Counted from the first letter of the stretch, positions 10,561 to 24,578 are shown. The stretch is DNA of 64,000 bases from Eledone cirrhosa (GCA_964016885.1 OZ024754.1:12276001-12340000), one strand, 5' to 3'. The notes: a model not told the origin generated them from the letters alone. Program-made: numbers and translations.

Positions 10561-12307
10561 ATATATATATAATTACACATATATAAATAATTATATATAT
10601 ATATAATTACACATATATAAATAATTATATATATATATAATTACACATATATAAATAATTATATATATATATAATTACACATATATAAATAATTATATAT
10701 ATATATAATTACACATATATAAATAATTATATATATATATAATTACACATATATATATATATAATTACACACACATATATATAATTACACATATATGTAT
10801 ATAATTACACATATATAAATAATTATATATATATAATTACACATATATATATATATATATAATTACACATATATGTATATAATTACACATATATAAATAA
10901 TTATATATATATATAATTACACATATATATATATATATAATTACACATATATATATATATATAATTACACATATATGTATATAATTACACATATATAAAT
11001 AATTATATATATATATAATTACACATATATAAATAATTATATATATATATAATTACACATATATAAATAATTATATATATATATAATTACACATATATAA
11101 ATAATTATATATATATATAATTACACATATATAAATAATTATATATATATATAATTACACATATATAAATAATTATATATATATATAATTACACATATAT
11201 AAATAATTATATATATATATAATTACACATATATAAATAATTATATATATATATAATTACACATATATAAATAATTATATATATATATATATATAATTAC
11301 ACATATATAAATAATTATATATATATATAATTACACATATATAAATAATTATATATATATATAATTACACATATATAAATAATTATATATATATATAATT
11401 ACACATATATAAATAATTATATATATATATAATTACACATATATAAATAATTATATATATATATATATATAATTACACATATATAAATAATTATATATAT
11501 ATATAATTACACATATATAAATAATTATATATATATATAATTACACATATATAAATAATTATATATATATATAATTACACATATATAAATAATTATATAT
11601 ATATATAATTACACATATATAAATAATTATATATATATATATAATTACACATATATAAATAATTATATATATATATAATTACACATATATAAATAATTAT
11701 ATATATATATAATTACACATATATAAATAATTATATATATATATAATTACACATATATAAATAATTATATATATATATAATTACACATATATAAATAATT
11801 ATATATATATATAATTACACATATATAAATAATTATATATATATATATAATTACACATATATAAATAATTATATATATATATAATTACACATATATATAT
11901 AATTATATATATATATAATTACACATAAATAATTATATATATATATAATTACACATATATATATAATTATATATATATATAATTACACATAAATAATTAT
12001 ATATATATATAATTACACATATATATACTAACTTACTAACATTTTTCTATTTCTATTTGACATTGCTCTCTCAGGCATAATCTTGTAACCTAGGAAACAA
12101 GATAATGGTGGGTGCAAGGGCCAACTGATATTAAAGATGTGATCAATAAGATACAACAACAACAACAACAACAGCAGCAGCAGCAGCAGCAACAACAACA
12201 ACAACAACAACAACAGCATCATAAGTGCTAGCAATAGTAGAAAGAGCATCAACAATAACAAGTTCTCTTTGAAATATTTGACCCAGGAAAATGTTTTCAA
12301 CTATGAA

Positions 12308-13052
12308 GGGGTTGGTGTGGGAGGGGGTGTTTGTGGAGGGGTTGGTGTGGGAGGGGGTGTTTGTGGAGGGGTTGGTGTGGGAGGGGGTGTTTGTGGGGGT
12401 TAGTGTGGGAGGGGTGTGGGAGGGGGTGTTTGTGGGGGTTGGTGTGGGAGGGAGTGTTTGTGGGGTTGGTGTAGGAGGGGCGTGGGATGTAGGGTGTGTG
12501 GGAGGGGATGTTTGTCGGGTTGGTGTGGGAGGGTGTGTTTGTGGGGTTGGTGTAGGAGGGGTGTGGGATGTGGGGTTTGTGGGGTTGGTGTGGGAGGGGG
12601 TGTTTGTGGGGTTGATGTAGGAGGGGTGTGGGAGGGGGCTGTTTGTGGGGTTGGTGTGGGAGGGGTGTGGGAGGGGGTGTTTGTGGGGTTGGTGTGGGAG
12701 GGTGTGTGTGTGGGGTTGTTGGTGGTGGTGGTGTGGGGGGGGTGTTTGTGGGGTTGGTGTGGGAGGAGTGTGGGAGGGGGTGTTTGTGGGGTTGGTGTAG
12801 GAGGGGTGTGGGATGTAGGGTGTGTGGAAGGGGGTGTTTGTCGGGTTGGTGTGGGATGTGGGGGTTGGTGTGGGAGGGGTGTGGGATGTGGGGGTTGGTG
12901 TGAGAGGGGTGTAGTTTGTGTGGGAGGTGGCGTTTGTGTAGGCGGGGTGTGGGAAGTGGGGTTGGTTTGGGTGGCGTGGGTTGGTGTGGGAGGGGTGTGG
13001 GTGGCGGGGTGTGTAGGAGGTGGGTGTGTAGTGGTGGAGGGTGGTGGGGTTG
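12308..13052 (+). repeat. G-rich degenerate minisatellite (GGGGTTGGTGTGGGAGGGGGTGTTTGT)
   Basis: Tandem G/T-rich units with many G3-G5 runs. Confidence 0.85.
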
Positions 13053-13162
13053 GTCTAAGAATCTGTTTATTTTATTTATTTATTTATTGTATTTTTTAGT
13101 TTTACTTTTATTTCTATTCAGAGTGGAAAGATAGGACGAAGAAATAAAGAATTCTTAGATAA

Positions 13163-13601
13163 TCAACAACAACAACAACAACAACAACAACAGTAATAAC
13201 AACTAAACTTCAACAACAACAACTACAACAATGACAGTGACAATAACAGCAACAATAACAACAATGACAAGTTAAAGAACAACAACTACAACAACAATAA
13301 TGACAATAACAATAACAGCAACAGTAATAACAACAACAACTACAACAACAACAACAACAATGACAACAACAACTATAATGACAACAACAACAACATTGTT
13401 GATAATGACAATAGTAAAAAAAATGATGATGATGATAATGTTAAATATGATAACAATAATGATAAAAGAATTATTATTATTAGTAGCAGTAGTAGTAGCA
13501 GTAACAGTAGTAGTAGTAGTAGTAGTAGCAGCAGTAGTAGTGGTAGTAGTAGCAGTAGTAGTCAAATTAATAACTATAAATGATAGCCTACACAGAGAAT
13601 G

Positions 13602-13652
<51 letters not shown>

Positions 13653-13656
13653 ATAT

Positions 13657-13688
<32 letters not shown>

Positions 13689-14695
13689 TAATAATAATAA
13701 CGCTGGGTGAGGTGGGGTGGGAGGTAGTTTTACATTTCAATATGGAACATATTATTATAATTTAGAAATCTTACCACTACCACCACCACCACCACATCCA
13801 CAAGTTGTTCCACCAGCACCACCACCACTACCGCCACCAACAACACTTCTACAACCACCACCACCACCTCCTCCACAACCTGTTTTGCTACCACCACCAC
13901 CACCACCACCACCATCATCAAAAGGAATGATTAAATAAACTTTAAATTAAATAAACAACAAAACATTGAAAAACGACACCAACACTACCACCACCACCGC
14001 CACCATCACCAACACTACCACCATCACCACCACCACCACCACCATCACCATCACCACCACCGCCACCATCACCAATACTACCACCATCACCACCACCACC
14101 ACCATCAACACTACCACCACCACCACCACCACTACCACCATAACCACCACCACCACCATCACCAACACTACCACCATCACCACCACCACCACCACCATCA
14201 CCACCACCGCCACCATCACCAATACTACCACCATCACCACCACCACCACCGACACTACCACCACCATCAACACTACCACCACCACCACCACCACCACTAC
14301 CACCATAACCACCACCACCACCATCACCACCACAACCACCATCACCACCACCACCACCACCACCACCATCACCAACACCACCACCACTACCACCACCACC
14401 ATCACCACCACCACCACCAACACTACCACCACCATCAACACTACCACCACCACCACCACCACCACTACCACCATAACCACCACCACCACCATCACCACCA
14501 CAACCACCATCACCACCACCACCACCACCACCATCACCAACACCACCACCACTACCACCACCACCATCACCACCACCACCACCAACACTACCACCACCAC
14601 CACCACTACCACCACCACCAACACCACCATCAGCACCACCACCATCACTACCACCACCCTCACCACCGCAACCAACAACAACAACAACAACAACA
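13163..14695. repeat. Compound trinucleotide arrays (AAC, AGT, ACT, CCA)
   Basis: Direct inspection. Confidence 0.9.
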
Positions 14696-14907
14696 CGACC
14701 AATAATAAGAGAAATACAAACAAAAGCCAATCATGCATGTTATCATCGTTATTCTGTTATGACTTAAGTTGAGATGATTGGAGTCTGGTTTCAATGGAAC
14801 TTTTGACATAGGATAACGGTCCCTTTGTTCTTCCATACTATTATAGGAAAACAATGGGAATGAACTACAGAAAATATGGGAAGAGGTTAGAAATGATTAG
14901 AGTAGAA

Positions 14908-15910
14908 GGTGGTGGTGGTGGTGTGGTAGTGTGTTGGTGGTGATGGTGGTGGTGTGGTGGTGGTATGGTGGTGGTGGTGGTGGTATGGTAGTGTGTTGGT
15001 GGTGGTGGTGTGGTGGTGGTGGTGGTGTGGTAGTGTGTTGGTGGTGGTGGTGGTGGTGTGGTGGTGGTGTGGTGGTGGTGGTGGTGGTATGGTAGTGTGT
15101 TGGTGGTGGTGGTGTGGTGGTGGTGGTGGTGTGGTAGTGTGTTGGTGGTGGTGGTGGTGGTGTGGTGGTGGTGGTGGTGGTGTGTTGGTGGTGGTGGTGG
15201 TATGGTAGTGTGTTGGTGGTGGTGGTGTGGTGGTGGTGTGGTGGTGGTGGTGGTGTGGTAGTGTGTTGGTGGTGGTGGTGGTGGTGTGGTGGTGGTGGTG
15301 GTGGTGTGTTGGTGGTGGTGGTGGTATGGTAGTGTGTTGGTGGTGGTGGTGTGGTGGTGATGGTGGCGGTGTGGTAGTGTGCTGGTGATGGTGGTGGTGT
15401 GGTAGTGTGTTGGTGGTGTGGTGGTGGTGTGGTGGTAGTGTGGTGGTGGTGGTGTGATAGTGTGGTGGTGGTGGTGGTTTTGTTGGTGGTGTGGTGGTGG
15501 TGATGGTGGTAGTGGTGTGGTGGTGGTGGTGCTCTTGTTGGTGGTGTGGTGTGGGTGGTAGTAGTGTGGTAGTGTGGTGGTGGTGGTGGTGGTGGTGGTG
15601 CTCTTGTTGGTGGTGTGGGTGGTAGTAGTGTGGTAGTGTGGTGGTGGTGGTGTGGTGGTGGTAGTGTTGGTGGTGGTGGTTGTGATGGTGGTGGTGTAGC
15701 TGTGGTGGTGGTGGTGGTGAGATGGTGGTGGTGTAGGGGTGGTGGTTGTGGTTGTGGTGGTGTGGCTGTGGTGGTATGGTGGTTGTAGTGTGGTAGCGGT
15801 GATGGTGGTGCGGTGCTGGTCGAGGGGCAGTGGTGGGGGTTTGTGGGGTGGTGTGGTAGTGCTGTTGTGATGGTGGTGGTGGTGTGGTGGGTGGTGGTGT
15901 GGGGGGGTGA
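14908..15910. repeat. (TGG)n-based array
   Basis: Direct inspection. Confidence 0.9.
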
Positions 15911-16161
15911 TGTGGGAGTGGTGTATGGCGAAAGAACTCCAGAAAATATGGGAAGAGGTTAGAAATGATTAGTGTAGAAGAAGATGGTGGTAGTGGTGTT
16001 AGTGTTGTGGTGTGGGTGGTGGGGGTTTGGGGGTTGGGAATGGTGTGGTGTGTGCTGGGTGGGGCTGGGTGGAGTTGTTGTATCAAGCAATTAGATAAAA
16101 GAAGAATTAAACAAAGAAAATGGAAGGGAAGCTAGAGAGAGAGCAATCGACAGATTCTACC

Positions 16162-16192
<31 letters not shown>

Positions 16193-16469
16193 ACCCCAGT
16201 AGGAGGGGTTATATATATATATATAATCAGACCGATCTGTCATTGTACATTTCAGAAAATATCATATTTCATATATTTTCACTAGCTCTAACAGTTGGCA
16301 GGTAACAGTATACAGTACTGATGAAGGGTAATCACCCAGAAACATCAGTGACTGCCGTTCTGTTTACATACCAACACAAGAGCCAGAATGATGGGGTCAT
16401 TCTACTGACATGGCTTTAAAGAGGCTCTTTGCATAATTGCAAACAAATCGAATATTATTATTAATGAAT

Positions 16470-16760
16470 TGGTTAACTTTACCTTTCATCCTTACGGAGT
16501 CGATAAAATAAAGTACCAGTAATACACTGAAATAATTGCTGGCCTTGTGCCAAAAGTAGAAACAATTATTAATGAATTGGCAGTATCAGTAGAGGGTCGG
16601 ATGCCATGCTTTGACGCATAGAGTTACGGCCCTTGCCATTCTGAGTTCAAATCCCGCTGAGGTTAACTTTGCCTTTCATCCTTACGAGGTCGATAAAATA
16701 AAGTACCAGTAATGAACTGGGTTATTGCTGGCCTTGTGCCAATAGTAGAAACAATTATTA
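16470..16760 (+). mobile_element. tRNA-SINE family B: truncated copy followed by a full copy
   Basis: TGGCAGTATC(A/G)GTAG (A box)...GAGTTCAAATCC (B box)...GCCTTTCATCCTTACGGGGTCGATAAAATAAAGTACCAG (resembles the Meta/MESC domain, from memory)...AGTAGAAACAATTATT. Confidence 0.8.
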
Positions 16761-16840
16761 ATATTCGAAAAACTCAGATTACATTTATTGTATTCAGCCA
16801 TGTAGAACGATAAACTATTTGTTATATATATATATATATA

Positions 16841-17233
16841 TATATATTGGTAAACGGAATAGAAAATGCTGACAAATTGTTCACAGTTGAAAAATGGTTT
16901 AATTAGGAATAAAAGAGTATTAGTGATTGTATGGGTTAGTATTCAGTTGTGGTTTTAAGTTTTTAAGTTTTTACCGGTTGCGCATTTCTAAATGCTTTTC
17001 AAAAATAATTTTGAGATAGAGTGTCCGTGCTGTTTGCTCAACAGCACGGACACTCTATCTCAAAATTATTTTTGAAAAGCATTTAGAAATGCGCAACCGG
17101 TAAAAACTTAAAAACTTAAAACCACAACTGAATACTAACCCATACAATCACTAATACTCTTTTATTCCTAATTAAACCATTTTTCAACTGTGAACAATTT
17201 GTCAGTATTTTCTATTCCGTTTACCAATATATA
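16841..17233. repeat. Near-perfect fold-back palindrome (194-bp arms, 5-nt loop at 17035-17039)
   Basis: Arms match except for one substitution that I could see. Contains a U3-A8 hammerhead-like motif at 17069-17105. Confidence 0.92.
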
Positions 17234-17262
17234 ATAACTTGTGTGTTACACCTCTATTCTTT

Positions 17263-17315
<53 letters not shown>

Positions 17316-17674
17316 AAAAGAAATATATATATATAAGGAAAAGAAATCAAAAATGTAACTGGGGTCTTTTTAAGAATATTTATTTATTTCCTTTACCGTT
17401 TTCACAGTTCTTATGCTTTTCAAAATTATAATTGGGATGGAGGGTTTATGGTTTGTATCGCATCTGGTACGATTTCTTTCCTTATACTTTCACCTGTGTA
17501 GGACATTTTCTTATATATATATATACATATATAGTAATAATAATAAATTTGAAGACTAAAATCCAAAGAGGGCTCGTTAAGGGTGAAAGCAGTGATTCTT
17601 TGCTTAAACTTTAATCTGTTATTTTAATAAATATACACACACACACACACACACACACATACATATATATATAT

Positions 17675-18056
17675 GGAGGTTTAGTGGTTAGAGCATTGGC
17701 CTTGCAATCGAAAGGTTCTGAGTTCAATTCTCAGACCGGGTGATGTGTGTTTCCTTGAGCAAGACACTTTATTTCACATTGCTCCAGTTTACTCAGCTGT
17801 AGAAATGAGATGATAGGACTGGGGTCCCTATCATTCCACTGCAAAGTGGTCGTGGAGGTGCCACGGCAAAAAATCACCCAGCCCACACTGTAAAGTGGAC
17901 ATGTAGGTGCCACAGAAAAAAAGCACCCAGCACTCACTGTAAATGAGGTTGGTGTTAGGAAGGGCATCCAGCTGTAGAAATAGAGCCAGAATCAGTTCCC
18001 GTCCCACCCTTGCAAGCAGGGAAAAGTGGATGTAAAATGATGATGATGATGATGAT

Positions 18057-18058
<2 letters not shown>
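17675..18058 (+). mobile_element. SINE family A copy with an extra internal 45-bp unit
   Basis: Homologous to 5368-5724. Confidence 0.85.
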
Positions 18059-18103
<45 letters not shown>

Positions 18104-19129
18104 CCTTTGGTGTGTTTACAGGAAGAATTGATAAGCTTTACACAATGGACAATGTCTTTTGTAGTAACTGTGTTTGTTTGCAGCAGTAGAATCTAATGAA
18201 TATGTGTATATGTTTGTGTGTGTGTGTGTATGGGTTTGTATCTGTGTGTATTTATGTGTGTTTGTGCGTGCATATGTATGTATGTGTTGTGTATATATAT
18301 ATATATATTTGTATGTGTGTATGTATCAACAATATCAACATTATACATCTACTTTTCATGCTGGCATGGATTGGATGGGTTGTAAAGGTCTGAGATTACA
18401 CAAATTACAGAAACCACTTCATGCTCATATGTTCCATATTTGGCATGTTGTGGACTCTATGGATATGTTTGGATGCCCTTCATAACACTGATACTTTAAC
18501 CCGTTAACATTTACACTACTCTATATATACTCTATATATTCTTCTGATAAAGGCTTTATCTTACATAATTTTCTCACGTAATATCGAGTGAGGTTAACTT
18601 TGCCATTCATCCTTACGGAGTCGATAAAAGAAAGTACCAGTAATACACTGGGATAATTGCTGGTCTTGTGTCAAAAGTAGAAACAATTTTTTTATTTTGA
18701 GAACAATACCTTAACACCAGTATGAGTGGCTGGTTATGGCCAGTTTGAACAGAAAGAGGTGAGAGAATTCTGGCCAGATATGGCCGGTTTAAAGGGTGTA
18801 ACAGGTTTATGTATGTATAGGCAATGAATTGGCAGAGTCATTAGAACGTCAGATAGAATGGTTTGCAGTATTCATTTCAGCTTTCTGCTTTCTGAGTTCA
18901 AATTCTGCTGCCTTCAACTTTGCCTTTCACCCTACTGAGGTCGATAAAAAAAGTCTAGTGCTGGGATTGATTCTTCCTCTATATCTCTTTCTCACTTCCT
19001 CTCTATTATTCTCTGGAAGAAATCTACTGTGTCCAGACCTGGAGAAGGGGTGGTCTCTGCCAGGCTTAATATGTCCAAGAAACACTGTATATCACTTCGG
19101 CGCTCCTATGACTCTATTACAGGAGACAT

Positions 19130-19318
19130 ATAATTGTTTCTACTTATGGCAGAAGGCCAGCAATTATCACAGTGCATTACTGGTGTTTTATTTGATCGAC
19201 TCCGTAAGGATGAAAGGCAAAGTTAACCTCGGCGAGATTTGAACTCAGATCATAAAGGGCCGTAACTCTTTGCTGTAAAGCATGGCGTCCGACCCTTTAC
19301 TGATACTGCCAATCCATC
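19130..19318 (-). mobile_element. SINE family B copy
   Basis: Homologous to 27864-28050. Confidence 0.8.
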
Positions 19319-19441
19319 ATATAATATCATATATGAGTGGGTGTGTGAGTATCTAAATAAATATGAATAGATATGAATATTAATAAGTGTGTATATCTGA
19401 ATTTATGTTATCATACATATGCATGATCATAGAGATTTGTA

Positions 19442-19523
<82 letters not shown>

Positions 19524-19530
19524 TATATAC

Positions 19531-19563
<33 letters not shown>

Positions 19564-19608
19564 CATATATATACATATATATATATATATACATATATAT
19601 TTATATAC

Positions 19609-19665
<57 letters not shown>

Positions 19666-19788
19666 GGAGGTGAGTTTTATTGTAGTACAATAAAGCAATG
19701 CAGATATCGGATAAGTAGCACTCTACAGTTTGTAGGACTGGAGTATAAATAATATATAAGATCAAAAGATGGTTAAAAGAGTTCCATG

Positions 19789-19859
19789 TATTTTATTATG
19801 CGCATTTCAAAAACAAATATCATCATGCGATGACATTTGCGTTTTCGTCAGATAAAATA
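19789..19859 (-). ncRNA. Minimal hammerhead ribozyme (mirror copy)
   Basis: Reverse complement of 19987-20057. Confidence 0.8.
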
Positions 19860-19986
19860 GGGAGACATGATATGAAGCTTAAAAAACACTTGTGAATAGT
19901 GCAGTTTTAAATCAACATATATATGATATGTTGATTTAAAACTGCACTATTCACAAGTGTTTTTTAACCTTCATATCATGTGTCCC

Positions 19987-20057
19987 TATTTTATCTGACG
20001 AAAACGCAAATGTCATCGCATGATGATATTTGTTTTTGAAATGCGCATAATAAAATA
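19987..20057 (+). ncRNA. Minimal hammerhead ribozyme
   Basis: TATTTTAT-CTGACGA-AAACGCAAATGTCATC(GCAT)GATGATATTTGTTTTT-GAA-ATGCGCAT-A^ATAAAATA: 8-bp stem I, long stem II, perfect 8-nt palindromic stem III. Confidence 0.8.
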
Positions 20058-20295
20058 CATGGAACTCTTTTAACCATCTTTTGATCTTATATATTATATA
20101 TATATATATATATATTAAAATTATAGCTGTCACATTAAGCAACGTTTTTCTTACTCATACATCCTCTATTGAATTTATTACGTTTTCGCATTTTCTCATT
20201 ATTAGGGTATAAATATTGAGTTTTCTCTTAGGTTAATCACTACCTTGATTAAATCTTAACCATTTAACATCTCAGGGTATGTCATCTATCATTAT

Positions 20296-20348
20296 ATTTT
20301 GTCTGATGAGGGCGTACTGTTGTACCTCTGAAATATGTATAATAAAAT
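20296..20348 (+). ncRNA. Minimal hammerhead motif
   Basis: ATTTTGT-CTGATGA-GGGCGTAC(TGTT)GTACCTCT-GAA-ATATGTAT-A^ATAAAAT. Confidence 0.7.
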
Positions 20349-20509
20349 TTAATTGATCAAAAGAACATCTATTTTATTAATATTTGTATTTTAATATTAA
20401 TAACTCTGGAAAATTATTTTTCTGTAGACTGCTTCCAATCTACTGTAAAACTCATTCTTTGATGTACTCATTGAATCTTGTTTAACTCTTTAATATATAT
20501 ATATATATT

Positions 20510-20852
20510 GGAGGCACATGGCTTAGTGGTTAGAGCATTGGCCTTGCAATCGAAAGGTTGTGAGTTTATTTCTCAGACCGGGTGATGTGTTGTTTCCTTG
20601 AGCAAGACACTTTATTTCACATTGCTCCAGTTTACTCAGCTGTAGAAATGAGATGATAGGGACTGGGGGTCCATATCATTCCACTGTAAAGTGGTCGTGG
20701 AGGTGCCACGGCAAAAAGGCACCCAGCACTCACTGTAAATGAGGTTGGTGTTAGGAAGCGCATCCAGCTGTAGAAATCAAGCCAAAATCAGTTCCCGTCC
20801 CACCCTTACAAGCAGGGAAAAGCGGACGTAAAATGAAATGATGATGAAATGA
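20510..20852 (+). mobile_element. SINE family A copy
   Basis: Full head-to-tail match. Confidence 0.85.
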
Positions 20853-20871
20853 TATATATATATATATATAT

Positions 20872-21061
20872 AAAACAAAGAAAGGAACCAGGTGGACCAT
20901 AATGCACCAGAGTACTCGATACTTAGAGTAGTAGAGTAGGTAATAGGAAGAGAGTCAGGAACCCAATGGCTGAGCTCCGGCCATTTTGACAGCTAGATCT
21001 GAACTTCGGATCTAGCTGTTGAAACAGCCGGAGCTCAGCTGTCGGGGTCCTGACTCACTTC
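20872..21061. mobile_element. (TA)n-bounded asymmetric palindromic element (also at 2068-2194, 5188-5250, 54711-54918, 60389-60592)
   Basis: Shared AACAAAGGAA...ACCAAAGTACTCAATACTTAG...GACCCCGACGGCTGAGCTC...CGTTTCGAC with a fold-back centre. Confidence 0.75.
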
Positions 21062-21101
<40 letters not shown>

Positions 21102-22558
21102 ATATGTTTGTATGTATATATGTGCATCTGCATGTGACCATACACACATATACATATATTGAGTATGTATATATATATGTGTGTGTTTGTGTGTTCATAT
21201 GTGTATGTGTGCATCTGCATGTATGACCACACACACACACACACACACATATCTGTTAGACACGCAGTGACTAACAACAGAATGATTTAAGTCTGCGTGT
21301 CTGACATATATGCGTAGCTTGGGAATAAAAAATTCAAGGGGTGTCGCTGGCCGTGGTGATCCTTGCCAAACATGTTTTGTAATGTATCATCTTATTGGCT
21401 AATCAACCAACGAGAGTAATTGTTGCTCAAAAGCATCCACCATTTTGTTTGCACGTTTATTTATCGTTTCGCTTTCGAATCTTCCTCCTGTATTTCGTTG
21501 TTTATCATCAAAATATTTTTCTCCTTTTGGTAAGTTATATTGTTAATTTATATATGATTTTTTAAATTTATATTAACTAATATTTTTTCAGTTCATTATA
21601 ACATGCTTATAATATTGGTTGTATCATATTTACTTGTATATTTGTCCATATTATTGTTCGTTTTATGTTAGATTATTTTATTATTATTATGTTAGATTAT
21701 TTTTTGGCGGGATTTGAACTCAGAATGGCAAGGGCCGTAACTCTATACATCAAAGCATGGCGTCCGACCCTCTACTGATACTGCCAATCCACCACCTTAT
21801 AACATATGAAATAATATTGTTTTCAGTAGTTAAATATTTGTCCTTTGTAATTAAGTTGAAAGTTAGTTATTTCACTAAAACCTCTCATAATCATTGATTA
21901 TTTTCATAATTAAAACACAGAAGCAGTGTATTCTGGTTAGAAATAAGACCAGCAAACAGTTAAATCTTATTTCAATGTTTATTTCTTTTTATTTCCATCT
22001 TTCTTGAGACTATAAAGTGTATGAGTGAGGTGTTGTGGGGGATGTGAGTTCTGACAACATGTATATCATTTCTTGAGGAAGCTTTAGCTTTTATGAGTAA
22101 CCAAATACAGGCTCCATTGCTGTGCATTGTTGCTGTTGTTGTTGTTGTTGTTGTTTAGCTCATGGTCAGCCATGATGAAGCAGACCTATGATAAAAAATA
22201 TTCCAACCATAACTACATCAGTCTCTCTAGTCTTAGTGGAGGAAGAGGGGCTGGGAAAGCCATGGGTTACTGCCCTTTTCCTCTGGAACTACCATGTTGC
22301 AAAAGAGAAAAAATTCCCAACATCTTGTATGTGAAGGAACCCTAAGATCACCTTCTCCAACATGTCCCTTTCCATGTAAGTAGGGTGTGATTTGAGGGAG
22401 ATTTTGTTGGTAGTTCCAGCAGGTTAAGCAAACATGTAAACATTTTGGGTCATGCAAGCACTGTAGTTGTATATGGTTGATAAGCTGAAGTGAGAGTGTA
22501 AAAAACTGAATTGATTTTGTTGAACGTGAAACTGTTGTTATATGCAGTGTGTAATGTA

Positions 22559-22596
<38 letters not shown>

Positions 22597-22606
22597 TGTA
22601 TGTGTA

Positions 22607-22637
<31 letters not shown>

Positions 22638-23324
22638 ATGGACCCATAACTCCTAATAGAGTTGTAGTGGCACCGTATTGACATACATCATTTCTTGGGC
22701 ATTTTAAGTCTGGCGGAGCTGAACCCTCTCCAGGCCTCAGTACAGCAGATTTCTTCCAGAGAGAGGAAGAATTGACCCCAGTACTAGGCTGGTACTTTTT
22801 TTTTTATCGACCTTGAAAGGATGAAAGGTAAAGTTGACCTCAGTGGGATTTGAACTCAGAGAGCTGGAATGAATACCATAAAGCATTCTATCCAACATTC
22901 AAATAACTCTGCCAATTTTCCGCAGTGTGTAATAAGGGTCGTGGATAGACAGAATTGGTTGAGAGTCAGATAAAATGCCATTGCAGTATTTGCTCTGGCC
23001 CTTTACACAAGAGTTGTCTCAATTTGTATCCAATGAAATATTTATAAAACTTGAATAAATTTTTTAGTAATTTTTTTTTTGTTATATTAAATAAACGAAA
23101 GGGGAATGGAGAGGGAGCAAACTCTATACTGTTAGCTGGATGGTAAATATTGCAGCTGCACCTTATTGACATGGGTCTGCCTCACCCAATATCAGTGAAT
23201 AGGGAGATGGTTCGGGGTCCAACAATACCAGAAGTCTTCATTGGTATATGCTATGTTAAACATGACTATATAAACACTCTCTCCCTTCTCTTTCCACCCC
23301 ATACCATCCAGTATTTATAATGAT

Positions 23325-23580
23325 GATTTCTTTATTAACCACAAGGGTTTACATAAAGTAGACATTAAGGACAGTGCAGGACAATGCAGGACGGTACAAA
23401 TGGGCATTTCTGCGTGTAAAAAACAAAAAACAGAGGATGTAACAAAAAATAACAATGAAAAATTCCCCAATAGGGGGGAGACTTCCGAGGGACATTTGTG
23501 GAGAAAGCCCAGTAAAAAGCCACAATGACCCTGACCACCAAGGCATATAATGATGCCAGTAAATCAGTTCAGCCATTGCC
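23325..23580 (-). mobile_element. Diverged 3' end fragment of a Tx1-like LINE
   Basis: Resembles the 3' UTR at 38838-39060 (CCCTTGTGGTTAATAAAGAAAT vs CCCTAGTGGCAAATAAACAGAAAT; CAATAGGG motif). Confidence 0.5.
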
Positions 23581-23811
23581 TCGCAGTCATATATATTCCT
23601 CTTCATCAGAATTCAACAGTGAAGCTGGGTTCTAATGAGATTATAAACAAATAAATAAACACACAAATAAATAGAAACATTGATTTTTATCACAAGTCTG
23701 CAACAATGACCTTTCATGGCTGACCTTGGTTAACCTGTATCCAACATACTGAATTACTAGTTCATAATAATGGTTAAGCCCACAGAATGGAAATCTCTAA
23801 GCTACCATTAC

Positions 23812-23857
<46 letters not shown>

Positions 23858-24138
23858 AACGGTCACCATCGCTGCCACAGCTGCAACCATTACCTTCCCC
23901 ACCTACACTACTACTATGACTGCACTCCTATAATGGCACCATTATTCTGATGATGGTTTCAATGTCTCTTGGTGGGAAATAATATCCTTTGTTAATATTC
24001 CTGCTTGTCTGTCACATACATAATTCTTTAATTCTTCAGTGACTAAGATTACAACTGATAACTCCGCTGTTTACCAAATTAGAGCAAAACCACATCACCA
24101 AAGTAAAATAGCCAATTGGTTATATTGTACAAACACAC

Positions 24139-24181
<43 letters not shown>

Positions 24182-24578
24182 CATCATCATCATCATCATC
24201 ATCATCAACAACATCAACATTTACTAGAGGATATGCAATTAAGTTAAGATTAAAGAAAACGAAAATTGTCTCCTGGTAAAGCCATTGTATAGACAGCAAA
24301 ATCGCAGAATCATAAGAATGGCTGATATGATGCTTTGCAATATTGGATTTGGCGCTCTGAGTTCAACTCATTCTAAAGCCAACTTTGTATGTCATCCTTT
24401 CAAAGTTGATAAAAAAATGTACCTGACCAATACTGGTGTCAAATCATCATTTAAATCTCTTTCTCAATTCCTCTCCCTCGTTCTCCTTCTTTGGAAGAAA
24501 TTGGCTGTGTTCAGATATGGAGAGAGGGGTGGGTTACACTAGATTTCAAAATCCCAATAAACACTGTATGTTGTTATA

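Larger units (their letters stand above)
6420..12027. repeat. AT-rich minisatellite (about 34-bp unit ATAATTACACATATATAAATAATTATATATATAT), split by a Helitron and an RTE
   Basis: Tandem blocks at 6420-6583, 7660-8046 and 10561-12027. Confidence 0.9.
19749..20097. repeat. Near-perfect fold-back palindrome (about 172-bp arms, 5-nt loop at 19921-19925)
   Basis: Reverse-complement arms, each carrying a complete hammerhead motif. Confidence 0.92.

Noticed and set aside
14700-14880. Candidate next LamG exon
   Set aside because: No LamG-like translation recognised on the minus strand.
13942-16086. Gly-, Val-, Thr- and His/Pro-rich ORFs
   Set aside because: Translations of CCA/TGG microsatellites.
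20510-20580. tRNA gene
   Set aside because: A and B boxes belong to a SINE head that continues into CORE and LINE-tail sequence.
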